From IMG/VR virus record IMGVR_UViG_3300020411_004289, positions 42,088 to 106,087 of that record: a DNA stretch of 64,000 nt; one strand, 5' to 3'. The notes beneath the pieces were generated by a model that ran no database searches, had not been told where the DNA came from, and saw nothing but the letters and a program-made list of their open reading frames with translations. The translations under genes were made by a program, and so were the position numbers. Shown in pieces: positions 58,201 to 64,000 of this stretch. This stretch comes from a virus. Numbering within the stretch: position 1 is the stretch's first letter; every line of letters starts with the position of its first letter.

Positions 58201-61200
58201 ACCACTCGTTATTCTAATAGGGCTTTTTGGTGCTATTATATACGGTATGGCAACTGCTTCCGGCTTTATGGACCTAGACTGGGAAAAACTAGGCGGCGCA
58301 TTTAAAAGTATCGCTTTTATTTTTGGCTCATTGTTGATCGTGGCGATATCAGCCGCCTTAATGAATCCTGCAACAATGGTCATGGGCATGATTGGTCTAG
58401 TGATGGCTACGCTGTTTGTTGTTGTGTTTGCAAAATTATTCTTGCCTCAATTGCGAAAATTTGCAAACAGCAAGATTGATTTTGTTAAGACAGCTGTCAA
58501 CATGATTAAATTAGTGCCAATAATGGTAGGTCTTTTAGTCATGGCTGCGATGATGATACCGCTAGGCGCAATCGCATTCGTCGCATCATTCTTTACACTT
58601 GGCGCTGCACTCTTTGTCAAAACCATCGTGAAGTCCGGACTTATAAAGAATTTAGGTGTAATGGCTGGAAAGGCTGACAAATTAACAAATTCAAAAAAAG
58701 CGTTCGAAGCAATTTCAGTTGCTATGGACGCATTAAAAGACATTGCATTCACAGCTTTAGCGCTAATGATCTTTAAGCTGCCTTTCTTTCCAAGTTTCAA
58801 ACAGCTAGCTGGCACAATTTCACAATTCATTGATGCACTTACAAAAAAAGACGGTGTAACGGACAAGATAGGCACCATGATCGGTGCGATCAAAAACCCT
58901 AAAGACGCAAAAAATGCTGCATCAGCTATCGTTATGGCAGTAGATGCGATTAAAGACTTGGCCAAAATTGCAGTAAAGCTAGGCAAGATGGAGCTTGAAG
59001 CAGTTGACGAAGGACACACATCAGGTATCCTGGACAAAGTAAAAGGGCTGATGGATGTTATTATTAAAGGCGTCGCAGGTCCAGAAGGTGTCATGGCGCA
59101 AATGATAAAGCTGGTAGCACTGACACCGCCAGGAGGTGAAGAGCAGACAAAGGCAGTCGCTTCTGTTCTCTCTGCTATCGGAGGCCTGTTTGGTGGAATG
59201 CTAGGCCCGATGGCTGAAGTGTTTGAAATGGCACTAAAATATACTGATGAAGGAATGCTCAGCAATGATGTAGACACTGCTAAACTAGACGCAGTCATGA
59301 CTACAATGAAAACATTCATTCAAGACCTGATGGCGACAATTCAAAATCAATTAACGCCGATGATCACAACTTTACTGACGATAGAAGTTAAAGGAGATCC
59401 GAGAGATGTAGAGTCGAAGCTCAAGATAATGGCAGGCGCAATTGATATCATGACAAAGATCACAAGTTCCATGGCAGATCAAGCAGGAACACTTAGTGAA
59501 CTTCATACTGCTGCAAACAAAGCAAAAGGAACATTTCAGAGCAATGATTCGTTAGGGAAGACCATGAACACCATGACCTCCATGATGAATAGCATGTTCA
59601 GCATGCTTCGTCGTCATGTCCCACAAATGATTATGGGGATCTTGGGTGTTTTAAATCTACCTGCTCTAAAAGAAGATCCTAAAAAGCTTAAGCCGAAGCT
59701 TGAGGCCATCGGCGTCGCAATGAAAGCTATGGTAGACACGATGGAGATGGTCAAGGGAGTTTCTGATCTAGCTGAGAAGACAGACATTAAAATTATTGTT
59801 AAAAAAGGAAGAGTGATAATCAAGGAGACAGGCCCACTCCAGACTGGAATGAGGCTAATTCCAAAGATAGGAAAATCCATTCAAAAAGCGATAACAGCAA
59901 TATTGGCAATTAATGTCCCAGATCCTGGAATGGCAGTTAAAAAAATCAATGTAATTTCAAAGGGTCTTAAAGTTGTTACTGAGTTTATGAAAGCGATTGG
60001 AAGCATTCTAGGAATAACTAGCAAAAAACCAAAAAGTAATATATTTGGTAATCTTTTTAAAGGAGGACTCTTCGGTGGTAAGTCTGAAAAGCCTCCTTCT
60101 AAGCCAAAGATGACAGAGGCTGAAAAAAGAATTAAAGAGTTGACTGATAGTATCGATGCAATAGTTGGAGCATTAACTAGAAAAGGCGGCGGCATTGAAA
60201 AGGCAATCGGTGCAATAGTAAAAATTGCTCAAGGGCAAGCATTTTCTGACCCTGAGACAATGAAAATGAAAATGGAAACAATCATTAAAGCGATTCAGGT
60301 TGTTTCAAAGTTTATGAATTCCATGGGCAGCGCTATGAAAATCGGCGGAGGTCGAAGTCCGTCAGAAATAACGCGTGACGTGAACGCGCTATTCGGACCA
60401 GGCGGTGTGGCTGCCACGATTATCATGAGAGTCGTTGGTGGCGCGAACGGAGAGCTTTGGGGGCTTCCAGACATAATTAAGTCAGTTAAAAAATCCGCGG
60501 AGGGAATTAAAGATCCGGCATCTCTTGAAAAGAGGATGAATATTGTCGTTGCTGCAATGGGCGCTGTGTCTAAGTTTGCTAACATGTTGGGTAGCTTCAT
60601 GAAGCTCGCTGGGCCGAATGTAAAGAATCCAGGAGAGCTGAGAGAAGCCATCCAGAAAATGTTTGGCGCCAAAGGTCCAATTTATCAAATCATTAAAAGA
60701 ATTTCGGGCGACGAAGACGGAACTATTGGTCTACCCCATCTTATTGGCAAGATTCAAGCAGTGGCAGAAAAAGTACCGGCCGGCAAATCAGGAATTGCAA
60801 AGAAAGTCAAGCTGTTGAACGAAATGCTAGGTGCTGTTGCAACCTTTGCTTCTGTAATAAAAGACATGATGGGATTGATGCCCAAGGGCAAGATAACCAA
60901 GGACGACGCCGATAATTTCTTTGGTAATTTTGGTATTTTGGAGACGATGCTTGAAGGGTTTATGGGCAAAAATGCACTAAACGGTTATGGCCTACCTCAA
61001 GTCGCTTCTGATCTTGTTGGATTATTTGAAAAGGGAGGCGACCTTAATAAAATACACAAATACTCCAAGCAGATTTCGTCGCTAGGTAAAGTCTTTGATG
61101 CAATCGGAAAATTCACTACAGCACTTACAAATATTAAGGGCTTGGGTACAAAAGGTGCAAAGGGAGGCCAGGCAGCCTCTGCCAACGAATCCATGAAAAC

Positions 61201-61846
61201 ACTGGCGAAAGTCTTTGATACAAGCTCAGGCAAAGAAGGCGGATTTGCAAAGCTAGTAAAAGCTATTGGTAAATTCTCTGAGGATATTCTGAAACCGAAC
61301 ATAAAAGGTCTCAGGAAGGCAGCAGCTCGCTTCCCTTATCTAGTCAAGGCGATGAAAGGTGCCGCCGACGTTGCTGCATTCGGTTCAGAAGGTGGATACG
61401 GAAAGAGAAAGGCTAAGCTCTCTTCAACTGACGTTGATGCAATCGTCCTGTCCTTACAGAAGATCAACAAGGGAAAACTAGTCCACAATATTAACGAGGC
61501 ACTCGGCAAAGGCAAAGGCATGGACAAGAGTACTGTTACCAATGCGGCAAACTTAAGAAGAGTTCTAGTCCAACTAGACGCCGCACTTAAGCTTAAGTAC
61601 CTTAAAGACACAGTGCAAGTGACCAGAATTAAGAACAATATTGCTACTGTTGGTGGAATGCTTGATGGTAAGGTAGCTGGCGTCACTGCGACATTTAAGG
61701 CAGGAAAACTTGAAGTTTCTCATAACCTGAAGAAAGCCACTGTTGAAATCACAGTTAACCTAAACAAGAAAGAGCTGGCGAAGCAGCTCGTCGGCGTGAA
61801 GTTCGATGGCTCCAAGCAAATTGCTACTACTGGCGGAACCCAATAG
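55205..61846 (+). CDS. Tape measure protein
   Basis: 2213 aa, helical and Ala/Gly/Lys/Met-rich. Follows the tube and chaperone genes. Central hydrophobic block and C-terminal helical repeats. Confidence 0.85.
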   Translation: MAKNDLGDQLAVQQQINKVLAQRQALMAKSTQVLGAQVKMAAELCKALECKGLDGMNDRLKEINDSLNEVADTAEEAAEKTEGLADAAGKASAKVGDNSKSLMKLGAGIGLLKGVQAGFSGIMSTLSGLGKGLVSVVGSVFKLGKTLLSVPIKIWSGLIGMAQGGGGGPNPIKVALEEVRKEMGSLNSGEGKVFKEGLKTMRAESKSLGGSGLRLSKIFGKGPGGFAEAIKYNLETAKALGSAFTALRGEFAKSAGALAVYRKGLGFSAEEMGALGKRALAQGKSMTELSRETASYAIQMGKDFGMNSKVISKDMGKMMADFDNFGTLGPKVMSQVAVYTRKLGIEVKELTGLVDKFDNFEDAAKGAAQLAQSFGMNVDAMKMMKEQDPAARLSMLQKAFKATGKSVESMSRQELKMLSTQAGMSAEATKLAFSQKGLSMSYDDVQKAGSKNEKKQLSQAEAMSKLADSIERVFGGGGGSKFKGFFDAFAKGFGKGIKRSKVFRQVMRNIRKSLRVVYKAGKQVGKAFVKFFPGVKKMLKGLRDLFNPKDVKNLMKGVVAEFKNFFKTVQDDPQAGVATLIEKLKEKFKEFFGKKGKAASDVAEGGKTFLKVLGGIFKGLLMIVIPLITKGIKKLTEIIKNPPGIPGALSEMFKGLWAAVSDLFGVLFTKLLPPLLAALKGLFLAIYEKMKPFLAKYWPVLVGALLAKGLVVAILSMLKGGAVAGAFGLLFKGLAKMMGKEVSKKKKEKEAERSGRVMVAPLRGAIKGLKKIGGGDIAKAAGKLMLLTFLFLPAFISFVTTLVGGMAGPIAAMGNPLKFVLAAIGISKIIFAFQSVFHAAKTTSSKDIMMATLKLVLLAGAFLVGGVAFVGALGLISGMASGLDWVGIALMMVGLGTAMIAVSFVIMATRLVTAKEVAKSALVVAAASLVVAAMIPFSIAMKMAAPILNGIGVGEALNAGLTMMGLAVAVLGVAAIAWAAKLLKPAMIKPAAMGLITAIPLVILIGLFGAIIYGMATASGFMDLDWEKLGGAFKSIAFIFGSLLIVAISAALMNPATMVMGMIGLVMATLFVVVFAKLFLPQLRKFANSKIDFVKTAVNMIKLVPIMVGLLVMAAMMIPLGAIAFVASFFTLGAALFVKTIVKSGLIKNLGVMAGKADKLTNSKKAFEAISVAMDALKDIAFTALALMIFKLPFFPSFKQLAGTISQFIDALTKKDGVTDKIGTMIGAIKNPKDAKNAASAIVMAVDAIKDLAKIAVKLGKMELEAVDEGHTSGILDKVKGLMDVIIKGVAGPEGVMAQMIKLVALTPPGGEEQTKAVASVLSAIGGLFGGMLGPMAEVFEMALKYTDEGMLSNDVDTAKLDAVMTTMKTFIQDLMATIQNQLTPMITTLLTIEVKGDPRDVESKLKIMAGAIDIMTKITSSMADQAGTLSELHTAANKAKGTFQSNDSLGKTMNTMTSMMNSMFSMLRRHVPQMIMGILGVLNLPALKEDPKKLKPKLEAIGVAMKAMVDTMEMVKGVSDLAEKTDIKIIVKKGRVIIKETGPLQTGMRLIPKIGKSIQKAITAILAINVPDPGMAVKKINVISKGLKVVTEFMKAIGSILGITSKKPKSNIFGNLFKGGLFGGKSEKPPSKPKMTEAEKRIKELTDSIDAIVGALTRKGGGIEKAIGAIVKIAQGQAFSDPETMKMKMETIIKAIQVVSKFMNSMGSAMKIGGGRSPSEITRDVNALFGPGGVAATIIMRVVGGANGELWGLPDIIKSVKKSAEGIKDPASLEKRMNIVVAAMGAVSKFANMLGSFMKLAGPNVKNPGELREAIQKMFGAKGPIYQIIKRISGDEDGTIGLPHLIGKIQAVAEKVPAGKSGIAKKVKLLNEMLGAVATFASVIKDMMGLMPKGKITKDDADNFFGNFGILETMLEGFMGKNALNGYGLPQVASDLVGLFEKGGDLNKIHKYSKQISSLGKVFDAIGKFTTALTNIKGLGTKGAKGGQAASANESMKTLAKVFDTSSGKEGGFAKLVKAIGKFSEDILKPNIKGLRKAAARFPYLVKAMKGAADVAAFGSEGGYGKRKAKLSSTDVDAIVLSLQKINKGKLVHNINEALGKGKGMDKSTVTNAANLRRVLVQLDAALKLKYLKDTVQVTRIKNNIATVGGMLDGKVAGVTATFKAGKLEVSHNLKKATVEITVNLNKKELAKQLVGVKFDGSKQIATTGGTQ

Positions 61847-61857
61847 AAAATTTTAAG

Positions 61858-61864
61858 CTATTTA
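61858..61864 (+). promoter_or_regulatory. Putative late promoter variant (CTATTTA)
   Basis: CTATTTAAACAAG parallels ATACTTAAACAAG at 47012. Confidence 0.4.
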
Positions 61865-61886
61865 AACAAGAGATAGAGTTACTACT

Positions 61887-62210
61887 ATGGACGAACTAAC
61901 AAAAGAACAAAAAGAAGCACTAGAAAGATTTAAGTCTACTAAAGACGACCCTGAGACGCTTGCTGGTCTCTTTTACAAGATCTTAGAACAGGCTGATCCA
62001 TTATTTAAAGATGCTATGGAAAGAAAAGCTGCAGTTTTAATGAATGCTGGGTATGCCATAGGAAAAGAGATGGCTGCAGCTGAAGACGATCCAGAAAAAA
62101 AGAAAGAGATGGAGTTTCGATTGAGAAAGACTGCCAGCAACATCCATTCAAAGGTTCGATCACAACACGAAAAGTCAAACAAAGAGAAGGCTGAGAAGGA
62201 AAATAACTAA
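61887..62210 (+). CDS. Small charged helical hypothetical protein
   Basis: 107 aa. Its stop overlaps the next start (TAATG). Confidence 0.6.
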   Translation: MDELTKEQKEALERFKSTKDDPETLAGLFYKILEQADPLFKDAMERKAAVLMNAGYAIGKEMAAAEDDPEKKKEMEFRLRKTASNIHSKVRSQHEKSNKEKAEKENN

Positions 62211-64000
62211 TGCCATCGTTTGATCTCCCAAGCCCATCAGATATCTTGAGCGGTGACGCCGAAGCCCCGGGCGCAGCCCCGGATGCTACTGCAACTAACG
62301 AGCAGCTTTTCGGCGGAGGAGTCGCCTTTGAGAAACCTGTTGTTATCTCTTCTCGAATCGATCCGATGCCGAAAAGATTGGGAGACTATCTTGTTGACAA
62401 CTCCGCAGTTCCGGAAGGAGCTGAGGCAAATGTCTTGGCACACGAGACATCTGCAGGAGCAGCAGCTTTCATTCCAGGTTATCCGACCTCAGAGCCGAAC
62501 ACTGACTTACCAAGAGACCCAACCGATCCTGTAAGACCCACAGATGGATTACATGACCTTTCTGCTGCATCACGAAGATCGTTAGCAAACTATGCTGCAG
62601 AAAATCAAAATGCTGTCAATCGGTACTCTCCAGACCCCAAAACTACACAAGAGACGGTAGGGCATCAAAGAGGGCATGCATTATCTAAAGTAACAGACGA
62701 TTCTGCATTTTCTCCAAGTCCAACTAAGCATTTTGATGATATAAGCGGGGGCACTGCAGCAAATGCTACCCTAGGGTCTTTCTTCGGTGCACCTAGACTT
62801 TCTCAAATAATCTCTAAGGATGGGACAGTCCCACCAGCACCAGCTGCAGGAGGGCCGTATGCAGGTGACGATGTCTTAAGGAAAGGCATACAACATTCTG
62901 ACAGTACTGGACAATTAGTCACTACTAATTTAACAGAAGCTATCAAAGGTGTGCTCGACGATTCAAATCGCTTTTCTCCTAACCCGGACTCCTCACCCTA
63001 TATAAAAAATGCCAATACAGAAAACGAGCTAGAAGCTTACAGTAAGGGACTCTGGTCAGTACAGACAGGCACCGGAATCTTAGGTCAGTACGATAAAGAT
63101 GCACCGAAAGTAACGATTGAAGATCTAAGGGCGATGGCTTTACAAACAATGATCTCAGCCGGCGGTCATGAAAACTTAGCAGATGCTAACATGTTAAATT
63201 TTGGTGCCATCGCCGACATGGCCGCGCTCATACCGAGCTTAACACAAATCGGTGCAGGAACAATCGCAACATCTGTTCTTCGAATTAAAAATTCACCGAC
63301 TGCTGAATTTGGAGGCAACACTTTAGCACAAGGCGGAGACGCTGCTTTCAGCGCCGCAGTGGATGCGCTAGGGTTGCCAGAAGACGCTCAACCTTCGTTA
63401 GGTGCTAGTCGTCTGTTTAATTCCATGGGTGCAGATGATATCATCATGGTGCAGTCTAAAGGTGAGCTTTTCGGTGTAGGCGCCGGCGGTCTAATTGAGG
63501 GCCTGTCAGCTCCTAGAAATGCATCTTCTTACGGTCAAATGAACTCTTTTATTGAGCCTTTTGATGGTGCTTTACCCATGGGGATGTTTCTAATATCTCT
63601 TTATGGCCTACTGGCAACTGCACTGATAGGCGGTATCATGGAAGGCGCGCTAGCTGCTGGCGAGGGCGCTGATGATCCTACTACGAGCAAGCAATCAGAG
63701 CATCAAAGAACAGCACAGGCCCCAGGAACTCTTTCTATGGGTAGAAGAGTTCCAAAAAGCTCAAGTCTTGCTCAAATGTTTTTAGAGCTATTTGGAATAT
63801 ATCGAACTGACGGCAATTGGGCTGCCTGTGTTATTAGAGGAACAATGGCCTTTTATGGGATTCAAGGGCCGATCAAAGATTTGACTCTAGAGAAGGCTAT
63901 CGGTGTAGCACTAAATCTTGCCCTAGCACCAGGATACTATGCATCTATAACAAAGCAAGTTTTGCGGGACGTCGAGCAGATCACAGAGGCTGCTGTAGGG
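62210..64000 (+). CDS. Large tail/baseplate-region protein, truncated at the window end
   Basis: ATG 62210 (MPSFDLPSPSDILSG...) reads open to 64000 (about 597 codons). Missing from the ORF track because it has no stop. Contains hydrophobic GMFLISLYGLLATALIGGIM. Confidence 0.75.
   Translation, partial: MPSFDLPSPSDILSGDAEAPGAAPDATATNEQLFGGGVAFEKPVVISSRIDPMPKRLGDYLVDNSAVPEGAEANVLAHETSAGAAAFIPGYPTSEPNTDLPRDPTDPVRPTDGLHDLSAASRRSLANYAAENQNAVNRYSPDPKTTQETVGHQRGHALSKVTDDSAFSPSPTKHFDDISGGTAANATLGSFFGAPRLSQIISKDGTVPPAPAAGGPYAGDDVLRKGIQHSDSTGQLVTTNLTEAIKGVLDDSNRFSPNPDSSPYIKNANTENELEAYSKGLWSVQTGTGILGQYDKDAPKVTIEDLRAMALQTMISAGGHENLADANMLNFGAIADMAALIPSLTQIGAGTIATSVLRIKNSPTAEFGGNTLAQGGDAAFSAAVDALGLPEDAQPSLGASRLFNSMGADDIIMVQSKGELFGVGAGGLIEGLSAPRNASSYGQMNSFIEPFDGALPMGMFLISLYGLLATALIGGIMEGALAAGEGADDPTTSKQSEHQRTAQAPGTLSMGRRVPKSSSLAQMFLELFGIYRTDGNWAACVIRGTMAFYGIQGPIKDLTLEKAIGVALNLALAPGYYASITKQVLRDVEQITEAAVG

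Noticed and set aside
55312-61686. Many long minus-strand ORFs (up to 290 aa) opposite the tape measure, and similar ones elsewhere
   Set aside because: They are antisense shadows of + strand codon bias, with no recognisable motifs or expression signals.
62253-62534. 93-aa ORF in the track
   Set aside because: It lies out of frame inside the long ORF starting at 62210.
1-64000. Alternative genetic code (TAG or TGA recoding), common in some jumbo phages
   Set aside because: Conserved genes are full length in the standard code. TAG ends several genes (e.g. terminase, Mre11-Rad50, tape measure) right before the next gene.
1-64000. tRNA, rRNA, CRISPR array or diversity-generating retroelement
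   Set aside because: Intergenic gaps are short, and I saw no cloverleaf, repeat-spacer array, reverse transcriptase or TR/VR pair. A tRNAscan/Infernal run would be needed to exclude small RNAs.

Overview
This 64-kb window is the virion-morphogenesis region of a large T4-like (myovirus, probably jumbo) bacteriophage. Genes are densely packed, all on the + strand, and read in the standard genetic code. Gene order: baseplate, fibre and lectin-domain structural genes (1-25.8 kb); a RuvC-like resolvase, DNA primase, fused Mre11-Rad50 (gp47-gp46) nuclease/ATPase and small Zn-finger gene (25.8-30.7 kb); large terminase, portal, prohead protease, small head proteins, scaffold and a gp23-type major capsid protein (31-42.5 kb); a PAS-domain / tail-anchored membrane protein / basic protein trio (42.8-43.9 kb); then gp13/14/15-like neck genes, two paralogous tail sheaths, tail tube, a tail-assembly-chaperone pair, a 2213-aa tape measure and a truncated large gene. 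Main observations read from the sequence: (i) a recurring intergenic ATAN(T/G)TA motif, the likely late promoter; (ii) one copy of it inside the scaffold gene, ahead of an SD and in-frame ATG, suggesting a nested second product; (iii) a U7 slippery site that would join the chaperone ORFs by a +1/-2 frameshift; (iv) strong enrichment of an [S/T]-G-S tripeptide in predicted surface virion proteins, a candidate modification sequon; (v) an output-less PAS protein translationally coupled to a holin-like membrane protein. All product calls come from motif recognition by eye and all counts are manual. No database searches were run.
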